Shown here in pieces: positions 30,816 to 43,916 of a DNA stretch of 64,000 nt. Every line of letters starts with the position of its first letter. The stretch's first letter is position 1. This stretch comes from an uncultured Bacilli bacterium (GTDB lineage: Bacteria > Bacillota_I > Bacilli_A > RF39 > UBA660). A model generated the notes under the pieces. That model searched no databases, was not told where the DNA came from, and saw only the letters and a list, made by a program, of their open reading frames with translations. The DNA is taken from assembly GCA_947626515.1 (NCBI GenBank), contig CANQSL010000001.1, positions 35,527-99,526 on the forward strand. Reading direction: 5' to 3'. The position numbers and the translations under genes are program-made.

Positions 30816-31108
30816 TAAAGTAAACCACCTAAAGATTTTCCATACATTCCTAATTTTTTCTCAACATCTTTTTCTATTTGTTTATGTGCATCAGAAATTG
30901 CAATCTTTAACATATCTTCTAAACATTCTAAATCCTCTGAATCCATTGTTGTTTTATTTTTTAATGTAACTTTTTTTATTTCTTTATTTCCAAAAACTTC
31001 TACATCTACCCATTCACTTTCTCCAGTATAAATTGTTTTATAAATTTCTTCTTGCTTTTTTTGAATGTCCTTTTGCATTCTTTGAACTTGTGCCATTAAA
31101 TTATTCAT
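30815..31108 (-). CDS. ybaB: Nucleoid-associated protein YbaB/EbfC
   Basis: MNNLMAQVQRMQKDIQ N-terminus, conserved dnaX-ybaB-recR order. Confidence 0.85.
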   Translation of the reverse strand: MNNLMAQVQRMQKDIQKKQEEIYKTIYTGESEWVDVEVFGNKEIKKVTLKNKTTMDSEDLECLEDMLKIAISDAHKQIEKDVEKKLGMYGKSLGGLL

Positions 31109-31119
31109 ATTTTTTTCTC

Positions 31120-32724
31120 CTATCTAATTTCTATTATATCACTGCCAAAAATTTCTGTAGCCAAATTTTGACCAGCATTATTAACACTTTTATTTTCTTC
31201 TGTTTTTTCTTCTATATATTCAAAATTTCTAACTTTATTTTTTATAAATCTATCTTTTTCTTCTAACCACTCTTTTTTGGTTAAAGCAATAAATTTGTAA
31301 TTAGAATTATATAAAGTATTATACTCTCTTTCTATCTCTTCTTTTTTTGAATTAAATAATAAAGCTTCATTTTCATTCTCTGTTGAAAATAAAATATTTG
31401 TCTCCGATACTACTTCTATATTCATATTTTCAACATTTCCTAAAATACTAAAATTTTTATTTATTGTAAGATTTTCAATAAATTTTTTCCAATTTTCCAT
31501 AATTTCATTTTTTAATTGTTTCGATGCTTTATAAAAACTATTATTAATTCTTATCTTTTTTATTTCTATTAAATCACTTTGATCTTCCATTTCTGGAATT
31601 TCATTTAAGATATCTTCGTCTTTAGCCTCAATATTATCAGTTTTTTTGATATCCATTATTATTTCTTGTTTTTTATGTTCATTGGAAAATATTTCCCGGG
31701 AAATATTTTCTTCTTTATTATTACTATTAAAAGCAATTAATTCTACTTTGATTATTGTGTATGGATTAACTATAGAATTTGTTTGCAATAAAACTCCATT
31801 CAAAGAATTTATTAGTTTTTTTAAAATTTGAGAATTGGTGCTTTTTTCTACTAGCATTTTATCTAATAAAAATTCTATAAAGTAATTTATAAAATTTAAT
31901 GGTGTAACTCCACTTTTATTTATTTCATCTATTATTTTATTTATTTCGTATTTGTCGTTAGCTATTACTTTATCATATAGCAATGCCATTGTATTATTAG
32001 ATAAAATGCCAAAACACTTTTCGACTAAATCAACACTTACTTTTGTATTAAATTTAGACACTTGATCCAAATAACTTAGAGCATCTCTTAAACATCCATC
32101 AGAATATTTTATTAATTCATTTAAAGCCTCATCTTCAATTTTTATTTTTTCTAATGATGCTATTTTTTTTAGATGTTCAAACATAATTTCAGATGGTATT
32201 TTTGAAAAATCAAATCTTTGACATCTTGACATTACTGTTTCTGGAACTTTATTTATATCAGTTGTTGCCATAATAAAAACAACATGGCTTGGAGGTTCTT
32301 CTAAGGTTTTTAAAAAAGCATTCCATGCACTGTTTGATAACATGTGTACTTCATCTATAATATATATTTTATATTTTGAGTTATATGGAGCAACTTTAAC
32401 ACTATCTCTCAAAGCTCTAATTTCTTCAACGCCATTATTGCTAGCAGCATCTATTTCTATTATATCTGCAGATTCATTATACTCTAAACATCTTTCACAT
32501 TTATCACACGAAATTCCATTTGAATTGTCCAAGCAATTTAAAGTCTTTGCAAAAATTTTAGCAGTACTTGTTTTTCCTGTTCCTCTTGGACCAGTAAATA
32601 TATATGCATGGGCTATTTTATTCAATTTAATTGAATTAGTTAATATTTCTTTAATATTATCTTGGCCAATTAATTCATTAAAATTTTTTGGTCTATATTT
32701 TCTATAAAATACTTTATAATCCAT
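31120..32724 (-). CDS. dnaX: DNA polymerase III subunit tau/gamma
   Basis: Walker A GPRGTGKTS, zinc module CDKCERC and the YRPKNF start region. GGAGGG RBS before MDYKVF, whereas the track start is further upstream. Confidence 0.9.
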   Translation of the reverse strand: MDYKVFYRKYRPKNFNELIGQDNIKEILTNSIKLNKIAHAYIFTGPRGTGKTSTAKIFAKTLNCLDNSNGISCDKCERCLEYNESADIIEIDAASNNGVEEIRALRDSVKVAPYNSKYKIYIIDEVHMLSNSAWNAFLKTLEEPPSHVVFIMATTDINKVPETVMSRCQRFDFSKIPSEIMFEHLKKIASLEKIKIEDEALNELIKYSDGCLRDALSYLDQVSKFNTKVSVDLVEKCFGILSNNTMALLYDKVIANDKYEINKIIDEINKSGVTPLNFINYFIEFLLDKMLVEKSTNSQILKKLINSLNGVLLQTNSIVNPYTIIKVELIAFNSNNKEENISREIFSNEHKKQEIIMDIKKTDNIEAKDEDILNEIPEMEDQSDLIEIKKIRINNSFYKASKQLKNEIMENWKKFIENLTINKNFSILGNVENMNIEVVSETNILFSTENENEALLFNSKKEEIEREYNTLYNSNYKFIALTKKEWLEEKDRFIKNKVRNFEYIEEKTEENKSVNNAGQNLATEIFGSDIIEIR

Positions 32725-32776
32725 ATAATAACCCTCCGTATTAATTGTATCAAATGGATTTAAAGTAGTCCACATT

Positions 32777-33190
32777 TTATCTTATTTTATTAAATATTTT
32801 TGACATATTTTTTTGAAATTTTTCTTTATTTATATCATACATTTGTTCGTATATTGTTTTATTGTATTTATTTGTTATATTGCCTTTCTTTAAAATATAA
32901 TATACTTTTTTTATTCTAGCTTCTGAGATAGCTTCTTTGCACATATCGCACGGTTCCAACGTAACGTACATTTCACAGTCTGATAAATTCCATCTTTTTA
33001 ATTTTTTAAAGCTTTTTAGTAAACACAATATTTCTGCATGATATAATGAATTTCTTTTTATATTTTTTTGATTATATGCTTTTGCAATAATTTTGTTACT
33101 TTTTAAAATTAAAGCACTCACTGGTATTTCATTTTTTTTATAAGCTTTATTTGATAATTTGAATAATTCTTTTGATATTTTTGTATTCAT
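32777..33190 (-). CDS. tadA: tRNA-specific adenosine deaminase
   Basis: HAEILC and LEPCDMC deaminase zinc motifs. Real start probably MNTKISKELF. Confidence 0.8.
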   Translation of the reverse strand: MNTKISKELFKLSNKAYKKNEIPVSALILKSNKIIAKAYNQKNIKRNSLYHAEILCLLKSFKKLKRWNLSDCEMYVTLEPCDMCKEAISEARIKKVYYILKKGNITNKYNKTIYEQMYDINKEKFQKNMSKIFNKIR

Positions 33191-33318
33191 AATTTCTCCA
33201 TAAAAAAAGTGCACATTAATATTATTTAATATGGCTGCTACGTTCCCGTCCTGACCAGGTAATAAAAATATTAATTGCACGATATAATATTATCATTTTT
33301 TTTAAACTATATCAAGTT

Positions 33319-33426
33319 AATGTTTCACGTGAAACATTCTGAATACTAATTATTAAAAAACAATGTTTCACGTGAAACATTGTTCTAATCGTTTTATGCT
33401 TTTTATATGTTTCACGTGAAACATAT
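33319..33426. promoter_or_regulatory. Three perfect 20-22 bp palindromes (AATGTTTCACGTGAAACATT; CAATGTTTCACGTGAAACATTG; ATATGTTTCACGTGAAACATAT) phased about 43-44 bp apart
   Basis: Read directly from sequence at 33319-33338, 33361-33382 and 33405-33426. They lie in the intergenic region between the gyrA stop and the tadA-dnaX operon start. Confidence 0.6.
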
Positions 33427-33428
33427 AA

Positions 33429-35891
33429 TTAGCTATCTTTGCTTTCAGAATCTTCTTCATTTGCAATTAAATCATTTTTAGTTACAAGACTTATAGTTGA
33501 TACTTCTTGTTTTTCTTTTAAATTAATTAATTTGATTCCTTGAGTAACTCTGCCTAATTGACTAATTTGATCAATTGGAAGCCTAATTACCATTCCTGAA
33601 TTAGTGATTATCATAAGATCACTATCTGGAATAGTAATTTTAAATGATGCAATAGAACCATTTTTATCTGTAATATTTAAAGCTTTAACACCTTTTCCAC
33701 CTCTTTTAGTAGTTCTATACTCGCTTATCAAAGTTTTCTTACCATAACCTTTTTTAGTTACTATAAGGATATTATCATTTAAAGTACCAATCTCAATTCC
33801 TGTACACGTAGCTCCTTCACTTAAATTAATACCTCTAACTCCAGATGCAGTTCTTCCCATTACTCTTATTTCATTTTCATTAAACACTACCATTCTTCCA
33901 TCAGAAGAGCCCATTAAAATATAATCTTCTCCTAAAGACTTTTTAACACCTATTAATTCATCATTATCTCTCAACGTTATACAAATTTTACCTGTTGCTC
34001 TAATATTATTAAAATCTTCAATTAAAGTACGTTTACTAAATCCTTTTTTCGTTCCAAAGATTAAATATTTAGCTTTATCATCCTTACTTATCTTTATAAC
34101 AGAATTTATAAATTCATCTTTTTCGATAGGCAATAAATTAATTATTGGCAATCCTTTTGCTTGTTTGCTAAATTCAGGGATTTCGTATCCTTTTATACGA
34201 TAAACTTTACCTTTATTACTAAAGAATAAAACATAATCATGTGTTGAAATATCAATCATTTGTTCTACAAAATCCTCTTCGTTAGTTGACATTCCCTTTA
34301 CACCTACCCCACCTCTATTTTGAGACTTATAAGTATCAAGTGCTAATCTTTTTATATAACCTTTATTAGTTAAAGTAACTATTACTTCTTCTTCAGGTAT
34401 TAAAGATTCATCTTCTATATATTCTATTGCGGTCATATCGATTTTAGTTCTACGATCATCAGCATATTTATCCTTTATTTCTAACAATTCATCTTTTATT
34501 ATTGCTAATATTTTATCTCTAGATGCTAAAATAGATTTATACTCTTCTATTTTTTGCAATAACTCTTTTAATTCTTCTTCTATTTTTGCTCTCTCTAAAC
34601 CTGTTAATCTACGAAGTTTTAATTCTAATATCGCATCAGCTTGAATATCCGTTAATCCGTATTTAGATATCAATTTTTGTTTTGCAATAATATCAGTTTC
34701 AGATTCTCTAATTATTTTTATAAAATCATCTAAATTATCTAAAGCGATTTTGTACCCTTCTAAAATATGTACTCTTTTTTCTGCTTTATCTAATTCAAAT
34801 CTCGTTCTTCTAATAATAATTTCTTCTTGATAATTAATATATTTTACAATAATATCTTTTAAACCTAATGTTTTAGGAACTTTATTATCAATCATTAAGA
34901 ATATTATTCCATATGTTGTTTGAAATTGAGTGTGTTTATACAAATTGTTTAAAACAACTTGTGGATTAGCATCTTTTTTTAAAGTTATTGTAATCTTTAC
35001 TCCATTTTTTAAATCTGTATGATAATCTGAAATACCATCTATTATTTTGTTATGAACTAACTCAGCAACTTTAGTTTTCAAGTCAGATACATTTACTCCA
35101 TATGGTACTTCATCAACAATAATATAATTTCTTCCATTTTTTTCTTCAATAGTTGCCTTACTTCTTATAGTTATTGTTCCTCTACCAGTTTCATATGCTT
35201 TTTTTATACCATTATTTCCTAAAATTATACCTCCTGTTGGAAAATCTGGTCCTTTTATATACTGCATAAGTCCTAACGTATCTATTTCAGGATTATCTAT
35301 ATAAGCAACACAACCATCAATTACTTCTCCTAAATTATGAGGGGGAATGTTTGTAGCCATTCCTACAGCTATTCCCATAGTACCATTTACTAAAATATTA
35401 GGAAATCTTGAAGGTAAAATCTCTGGTTCCCTTTCAGATTCATCAAAATTTGGTTTAAAATCTACAGTATCTTTATTAATGTCTCTTAATAACTCTAAAG
35501 ATATTTTTGATAATCTAGACTCAGTATAACGCATAGCTGCTGCGCCAGATCCTGCTATATTTCCAAAATTTCCATGACCATCTACTAAACAGTTTCTATA
35601 GCTAAAGTCTTGGGCCATTCTAACCATTGCCTCATATATACTAGAATCACCATGAGGATGATATTTACCCATAACATCTCCGACTATACGAGCAGATTTT
35701 TTATGAGGTTTATCTGGAGTGTAGCCTGATTCATTCATTGACCATAAAATTCTTCTATGAACAGGTTTTAAACCGTCTCTCAAATCTGGTAATGCTCTTG
35801 AAACAATTACACTCATGGAATATTCAATAAACGAAGAATTAATTTCATCTACTATATTGTTTTCTTCTAATCTATCTCTACTATTATTCAT
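33429..35891 (-). CDS. gyrA: DNA gyrase subunit A
   Basis: AMRYTE active-site Tyr region, GyrA box and beta-pinwheel C-terminal domain. Confidence 0.95.
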   Translation of the reverse strand: MNNSRDRLEENNIVDEINSSFIEYSMSVIVSRALPDLRDGLKPVHRRILWSMNESGYTPDKPHKKSARIVGDVMGKYHPHGDSSIYEAMVRMAQDFSYRNCLVDGHGNFGNIAGSGAAAMRYTESRLSKISLELLRDINKDTVDFKPNFDESEREPEILPSRFPNILVNGTMGIAVGMATNIPPHNLGEVIDGCVAYIDNPEIDTLGLMQYIKGPDFPTGGIILGNNGIKKAYETGRGTITIRSKATIEEKNGRNYIIVDEVPYGVNVSDLKTKVAELVHNKIIDGISDYHTDLKNGVKITITLKKDANPQVVLNNLYKHTQFQTTYGIIFLMIDNKVPKTLGLKDIIVKYINYQEEIIIRRTRFELDKAEKRVHILEGYKIALDNLDDFIKIIRESETDIIAKQKLISKYGLTDIQADAILELKLRRLTGLERAKIEEELKELLQKIEEYKSILASRDKILAIIKDELLEIKDKYADDRRTKIDMTAIEYIEDESLIPEEEVIVTLTNKGYIKRLALDTYKSQNRGGVGVKGMSTNEEDFVEQMIDISTHDYVLFFSNKGKVYRIKGYEIPEFSKQAKGLPIINLLPIEKDEFINSVIKISKDDKAKYLIFGTKKGFSKRTLIEDFNNIRATGKICITLRDNDELIGVKKSLGEDYILMGSSDGRMVVFNENEIRVMGRTASGVRGINLSEGATCTGIEIGTLNDNILIVTKKGYGKKTLISEYRTTKRGGKGVKALNITDKNGSIASFKITIPDSDLMIITNSGMVIRLPIDQISQLGRVTQGIKLINLKEKQEVSTISLVTKNDLIANEEDSESKDS

Positions 35892-35899
35892 AATACCTC

Positions 35900-38903
<3,004 letters not shown>

Positions 38904-39009
38904 TTAAACCCCTCTTTTTTCTAATATAATAAATAAATAGGTATTCAAATACTCCCATACCTATTTACATTATATCACAAAAAAATGTGATTTAAAATGA
39001 TTTTTAACA

Positions 39010-39471
39010 TTATTTAGCTTTTCTTTTTTGAAAAATTGATTCTAATCTATGAGATTTTAAAATTTGATTATTTAATACACAAAACGATGTATTAATTTCC
39101 AATTTTTCACCATTATCAAATAGTATTATTGAAGAATTTTTATTAAAGTCATAATAATAATCTTCAATATTATTTAAAGAAATCCACATACAATTTTTTA
39201 ATCTTGGACTTGTAGTTGGAAAAAATATTATATTATTATCTTCTTGAACAACTATTGGGGCTTTATAACTAATACCAGTTAATGACATTGTTCCTTTTTG
39301 CCTTCCTTCTATAGAACTTCCATAATACCTACAACTTTCATCCATAATATTCTTGGGTGAATTATTAATAATTATTGAACAATCTTTTTCTATAACTTTG
39401 GACTTTTTTTCACCTATAGGTATTATTGCTAATGTTTCTTTAGATATTTCATAATCTTTCAACCTATTCAC
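39010..39471 (-). CDS. ComK-family protein (competence transcription factor-like)
   Basis: Aligns by eye with B. subtilis ComK: IIPIGEKKSKVIEKDCSII / CRYYGSSIEGRQKGT / YKAPIVVQEDNNIIFFPTTSPRLKNCMWIS versus VLPEEIDGKICSKIIEKDCVFYV / CRFFGSSYAGRKAGT / HKPPIMVDPSNQIFLFPTLSSTRPQCGWIS. Confidence 0.6.
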   Translation of the reverse strand: MNRLKDYEISKETLAIIPIGEKKSKVIEKDCSIIINNSPKNIMDESCRYYGSSIEGRQKGTMSLTGISYKAPIVVQEDNNIIFFPTTSPRLKNCMWISLNNIEDYYYDFNKNSSIILFDNGEKLEINTSFCVLNNQILKSHRLESIFQKRKAK

Positions 39472-39596
39472 CTCCCTCGAGAAACCCTTATATCATTTAT
39501 TAATTGCAAAAAATGTAGAATTAAGGTAGAATTTAACAATTTTTTTATTTTTTATAGAAAATTAATAAATAATACAAAAAAAGAACAAAATGTTCC

Positions 39597-40715
39597 TTAA
39601 TAAGTTTTTATTGGCAAGATCAATTGAATCAAGCTTTCGTCCTTTATTGATTTTAAAATTATTGGAGATGAATCATTATTTAATAAAATCAATAATTCTT
39701 CTTCCTCAAAAGTTTTTAAAGCATCCATCATATATTTTGAACTAAATGAAATTGCTATATTTTTTTCTGAATTTTTTGTAATCGTAATTCTATCTTCTAC
39801 TTTTCCTATTTCAGAGGCATAACTAGAAATATTTAAATCATTGTCATTTGTTTCCATTCTTACTATGTTTTTATCTTTACTTTGTGTAAGAAGAGCTGCT
39901 CTATCAATACTTGAATAGAATTCATTTAAATTTGTATTAATTATAATATCAAAATCATTAGGAATCAAATTAGAAGTATTTGGATATGTTCCATTTAATA
40001 AACTAGATTGAAATAAAATATTTCTATATTTAAATAATATTTTGTTACTAAATATATGGATTTCAACATCTTCATTTTCTGTTAATATTTTATCTAGTTC
40101 ATTAATGTTTTTTCCTGGAATGACAATGTTAATATCTTCATCATATTCTTGTTCTAATTTTATTGTTTTTTTTGCTAATCTATAAGAATCAGTTGCCACA
40201 ACTTCAATTTCATCCTTGTTTACCTTCATATTTATTCCAGTAAGTAATGGTCTAGATTCTTGAAGTGATACAGCAAATATAGTTTGTCTTACCATATTTT
40301 TTATAATATCACTTTTTATAATTATAGGATTATTTGTTTCTTCTAAATTTATTTGTGGATAATCTTCAGTATTTAAACAATTTAAATTATATTGACTACT
40401 ATCAGTATATATTCTTATTTTTAATCCATCTATTACTTCAATATTAATTTCTGATGATGGCATTTTTCTAACTATATCTAATATATATTTGCTTTGTATA
40501 ATTATCGTCCCTGTTTCTTCTATATTAATAATGTCTTTACTTGAAATATATGATTTAATAGTTAAATCACTATCACTTGCAGTTAAATATAATCCCTCTT
40601 CTGTTAATTCAAATTTTATACCATTTAATATTGGAATAATATTACGTGGGTTAATAGCTTTTACAACGTTTACTAAACTTTCTAATAAAATATTTTTATC
40701 AATTTTAAATTTCAT
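39597..40715 (-). CDS. dnaN: DNA polymerase III beta sliding clamp
   Basis: Three-domain clamp sequence (MKFKIDKNILLESL...), position downstream of dnaA. Confidence 0.9.
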   Translation of the reverse strand: MKFKIDKNILLESLVNVVKAINPRNIIPILNGIKFELTEEGLYLTASDSDLTIKSYISSKDIINIEETGTIIIQSKYILDIVRKMPSSEINIEVIDGLKIRIYTDSSQYNLNCLNTEDYPQINLEETNNPIIIKSDIIKNMVRQTIFAVSLQESRPLLTGINMKVNKDEIEVVATDSYRLAKKTIKLEQEYDEDINIVIPGKNINELDKILTENEDVEIHIFSNKILFKYRNILFQSSLLNGTYPNTSNLIPNDFDIIINTNLNEFYSSIDRAALLTQSKDKNIVRMETNDNDLNISSYASEIGKVEDRITITKNSEKNIAISFSSKYMMDALKTFEEEELLILLNNDSSPIILKSIKDESLIQLILPIKTY

Positions 40716-40834
40716 ATAAATCCTTCTTTCTTTTTTATTATTATTTTTATTATATATGTTTATTATGTTTATAACTTCATTTTCTCTTTTAAATCCTAGA
40801 AATTGTTATGTTTAAATCTTATAATTTATTAACA

Positions 40835-42178
40835 TTAAGTAATCTTTGCTTTAATTTCTTTTATTTGATTTTGTAATTCTTCATTATTTATCAAATCTTT
40901 AGTAACTTTTTCGATAGCATGTAATATAGTGGAATGATCTCTATTTCCAAATTCTAAACCAATTCTAGTTGTTGTTTCTTCTGTAGTATTCCTACAAATA
41001 TATATCGCTATTTGTCTAGCATTATTAATGTTTGCAGTTCTTTTCTTACTCTTTAAGCTTTCAACGGTTATATCGAAATAATCTGCGACGGCTTTTTGAA
41101 TTTTCCCAATATTATTTGTTGAATAAACTGAATTTCCTAAGTAATCTTTTAAGGCTTCAGTAGCAAATTCTAGGTTTATTTCTTTTGGATTATACATAGC
41201 TACATAAGCATAAAGTCTATTTATTGCGCCCTCTAAATGTCTTACATCACTTTCGCAATTATTGGCAATATATTCTATTACTTCATTTTTTACTAACTTT
41301 GCAACTTCATGTCCAGACATTTTATCTTTAAGAATCTTACATCTTAATTCAAAGTCTGGAGGAAAAATATTTGCGGTTAATCCCCATCTAAATCGAGTTA
41401 CGAGTCTATCTTCTAATAATTTTAAATCATCTGGAGATCTATCTGAACTGATGACTATTTGTTTATGAGAATCATATAGTGTATTAAACGTGTGGAAAAA
41501 TTCTTGTTGTGTTTTTTCAGCACCACCCAAAAATTGTATATCATCGATTATTAATACGTCTATATTTCTATATTTATCTTTAAAATGTTGAACAACATCA
41601 AAATTATCTGTCTCTTTTTTATTTATACCTATAAAATCGGAAATAAAAGTTTCGCTGGTTGTATATAATACATTTTTATCTGAATGTTCCACAATATAAT
41701 TACCTATAGCGTGCATTAAATGTGTTTTTCCGAGTCCACTTTTTCCATGTAAGAATAAAGGATTATATACTTTGCCTGGCTGTTCTGCTACAGCAACCGC
41801 TGCCGTTTGAGCAAGTCTATTAGTATCACCTATAACATAATTTTCAAACGTATATTGAGGTTTTAAATTAGTTTGAAAAGTTTCTTTTTTTTCTACTTTA
41901 TTGACAGTTATGTTTTGAGTATCACTTATAATATCTTCTTCTACTACAAATGAAATATCATAGGTTTTTCCTGTCAATGTTTTCAATATGCTTTCTATTT
42001 CATCATAATAATTGTTATTTAGAAAGTCTTTATGAAAGGTCATTGGGACAATAATTGTTATAGAATTATCTGTCATTGAGGCTATTTTAGTATCTTTAAA
42101 CCAAGTATCAAATGAAACACTAGAAATTTTTGATTTAATAACTTCTAAAAAAGTATTCCAAGAGAACTCTTCATTCAT
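40835..42178 (-). CDS. dnaA: Chromosomal replication initiator DnaA
   Basis: AAA+ motifs GKSGLGKTHLMHAIGN and LIIDDIQFL, plus the C-terminal DNA-binding domain. GGGGTGG RBS before MNEEFSW. Confidence 0.9.
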   Translation of the reverse strand: MNEEFSWNTFLEVIKSKISSVSFDTWFKDTKIASMTDNSITIIVPMTFHKDFLNNNYYDEIESILKTLTGKTYDISFVVEEDIISDTQNITVNKVEKKETFQTNLKPQYTFENYVIGDTNRLAQTAAVAVAEQPGKVYNPLFLHGKSGLGKTHLMHAIGNYIVEHSDKNVLYTTSETFISDFIGINKKETDNFDVVQHFKDKYRNIDVLIIDDIQFLGGAEKTQQEFFHTFNTLYDSHKQIVISSDRSPDDLKLLEDRLVTRFRWGLTANIFPPDFELRCKILKDKMSGHEVAKLVKNEVIEYIANNCESDVRHLEGAINRLYAYVAMYNPKEINLEFATEALKDYLGNSVYSTNNIGKIQKAVADYFDITVESLKSKKRTANINNARQIAIYICRNTTEETTTRIGLEFGNRDHSTILHAIEKVTKDLINNEELQNQIKEIKAKIT

Positions 42179-42196
42179 AAAACCACCCCGCTCCAT

Positions 42197-42499
42197 AGAA
42201 TTTTAATTACTAAGAATATTTTAAACCACTTTTGTTAAAAAAGAAAGTATCAAATTTATAAAAACTTGATTTCAACAAGATATTAACATAGTTTTAAACA
42301 AGAAAAGTCCCTAACATACAGACAAAAACATAGTTATTAACAATTTCCACAATTTATTATTAACAGTAAAAAAAATTATTAACAAATACACGTTAATAAC
42401 TTTTTTTTAGAATAATAATTAAATTTTTGATTTTTAATTGACTTAGTTAAAAAAATATAATACAATAAAAAAGCTTAAAGAAGAGGTGGAGGTGCAATT
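42197..42499. promoter_or_regulatory. Putative oriC / dnaA-rpmH intergenic region with clustered DnaA-box-like 9-mers
   Basis: Four copies of TTATTAAC(A) (42334, 42357, 42376, inverted at 42392) plus ATTTCCACA at 42343 (8/9 match to TTATCCACA). Lies in the canonical rpmH/dnaA divergent position. Another TTATTAACA sits 3' of dnaA at 40826. Confidence 0.5.
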
Positions 42500-42622
42500 A
42501 TGAAGAGAACATATCAGCCAAATAATCGTAAGAAAAAGAAAAAACATGGTTTTTTTGCTCGTAAAAAAACTAATATATTAAATTCTAGAAGAAAAAAAGG
42601 TCGTAAAAAATTATGTAAATAA
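42500..42622 (+). CDS. rpmH: 50S ribosomal protein L34
   Basis: [24 protein letters not shown]...GRKKL with RBS aagaggtggagg. 40 aa. Confidence 0.85.
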   Translation: MKRTYQPNNRKKKKKHGFFARKKTNILNSRRKKGRKKLCK

Positions 42623-42623
42623 G

Positions 42624-42642
42624 CCACAATATGTGGTTTTTT
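42624..42642 (+). terminator. Hairpin plus U-tract between rpmH and rnpA
   Basis: CCACA-ata-TGTGG followed by TTTTTT. Confidence 0.45.
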
Positions 42643-42646
42643 ATCT

Positions 42647-42991
42647 ATGAGGAAATTTATGAAAAAAAAAGATACAATAAAATCTCAACGAGAATTTTCA
42701 AATATAATAAAAAATTCAGAGTTTTTTAAAACAAATGAATTTACTATATATTATAAGGAAAATAATTTGAATAAAAAGAGATTTGGAATAGCTGTTAGTT
42801 CTAAATTAGGAAATGCTGTTGTAAGAAATAGATTAAAAAGACAAACAAGAGAAATTATTAACAAATTAAATTATTTATTTAAAAATAATCAAGATTATAT
42901 TATAATGATAAGGAAAGGAAGTTTATCTACTTCATTTAGTATCAGATTAAAAAATTTAGAAGATAAACTAAATAATTATTATGAAAATTAA
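42647..42991 (+). CDS. rnpA: RNase P protein component
   Basis: Basic 114-aa protein with an RNR-like motif (VRNRLKRQTREI) in the conserved position after rpmH. Confidence 0.8.
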   Translation: MRKFMKKKDTIKSQREFSNIIKNSEFFKTNEFTIYYKENNLNKKRFGIAVSSKLGNAVVRNRLKRQTREIINKLNYLFKNNQDYIIMIRKGSLSTSFSIRLKNLEDKLNNYYEN

Positions 42992-43913
42992 AAAAATATT
43001 AGTTTTATTAGTTTTATTTTTAACACTAACGACTGGGTGTACAAAATATTTAACTGATGATGATAACAAAAGAATAATAAATGAAAGTACGGGACAAAAT
43101 CTTACTTCTAATATAATATGTAAGCCAACTGAAAAAGAATTGCTTAAAATTTATGAAAAGTATAGCGATAATATGGAAGTTAAATTGAAAGATTTACCGT
43201 ATTGTAAAGATTTAAAAGTATTTAGTACAAAAAATTATAGCGGATTATGGGTATATTTCTTTGTAACTCCAATAGCATGGTTAATAGTCAAATTAGGATT
43301 ACTTGTAAAAAATTATGGTATTTCTGTAATGTTAATAGGATTAGCATTGAGAATAGTGTTAATGCCATTTACTTTAAAAACAATAAAGCAATCTGAAAAT
43401 ATGAAAAAAGCTCAACCAGAATTGGATAGACTAGAAAGAAAATATAGAGATAAAACAGATTCAAATTCAATGATGCAAAAAAGTCAAGAAACTATGTTGA
43501 TATACAAAAAGTACAATATAAATCCAGTTGGAGGCTGTTTAGTTTCATTTATTCAATTACCACTTTTCTTTGCATTCTTAGAAGCAATAAATAGAGTTCC
43601 AGCAATTTTTGAAGAAAATTTATTTACATTACAGTTAGGTACAACACCTTTAATAGGAATTAAATCTGGAAATTATTGGTATATATTATTAATTATTATA
43701 ATTATTATTACAACTTATTTTTCATTTAAATTTAGTATGGCAAATACAGGAAATTCAGAACAGCAGCAGCAAATGCAATTTATGACAAAGTTCATGTTAG
43801 TCTTCATATCTATTGCATCTTTGAGTTTGCCAACTGCAATTGCATTGTATTGGGTTGTTACAAATGGATTTAGTGTAATTCAAACATTGATTGTAAAAAA
43901 AAGGAGTAAGTAA
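42981..43913 (+). CDS. yidC: Membrane protein insertase YidC/SpoIIIJ (lipoprotein type)
   Basis: Lipobox LTTGC, five TM segments and a conserved C-terminal basic tail (KKRSK). Confidence 0.85.
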   Translation: MKIKKILVLLVLFLTLTTGCTKYLTDDDNKRIINESTGQNLTSNIICKPTEKELLKIYEKYSDNMEVKLKDLPYCKDLKVFSTKNYSGLWVYFFVTPIAWLIVKLGLLVKNYGISVMLIGLALRIVLMPFTLKTIKQSENMKKAQPELDRLERKYRDKTDSNSMMQKSQETMLIYKKYNINPVGGCLVSFIQLPLFFAFLEAINRVPAIFEENLFTLQLGTTPLIGIKSGNYWYILLIIIIIITTYFSFKFSMANTGNSEQQQQMQFMTKFMLVFISIASLSLPTAIALYWVVTNGFSVIQTLIVKKRSK

Positions 43914-43916
43914 ATT

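Noticed and set aside
33319-33426. Mini-CRISPR array (three identical repeats with 23-24 bp spacers)
   Set aside because: Only three copies, perfectly palindromic, no cas genes, and the core equals the parS consensus.
32725-33429. Expected scRNA/4.5S (ffs) gene upstream of dnaX, as in Bacillus
   Set aside because: Only about 50 nt separate tadA and dnaX, and the tadA-gyrA spacer is filled by the palindromes. No SRP domain-IV-like sequence was seen.
42981-42991. yidD (membrane insertion efficiency factor) between rnpA and yidC
   Set aside because: rnpA and yidC overlap directly, leaving no room for a yidD ORF.
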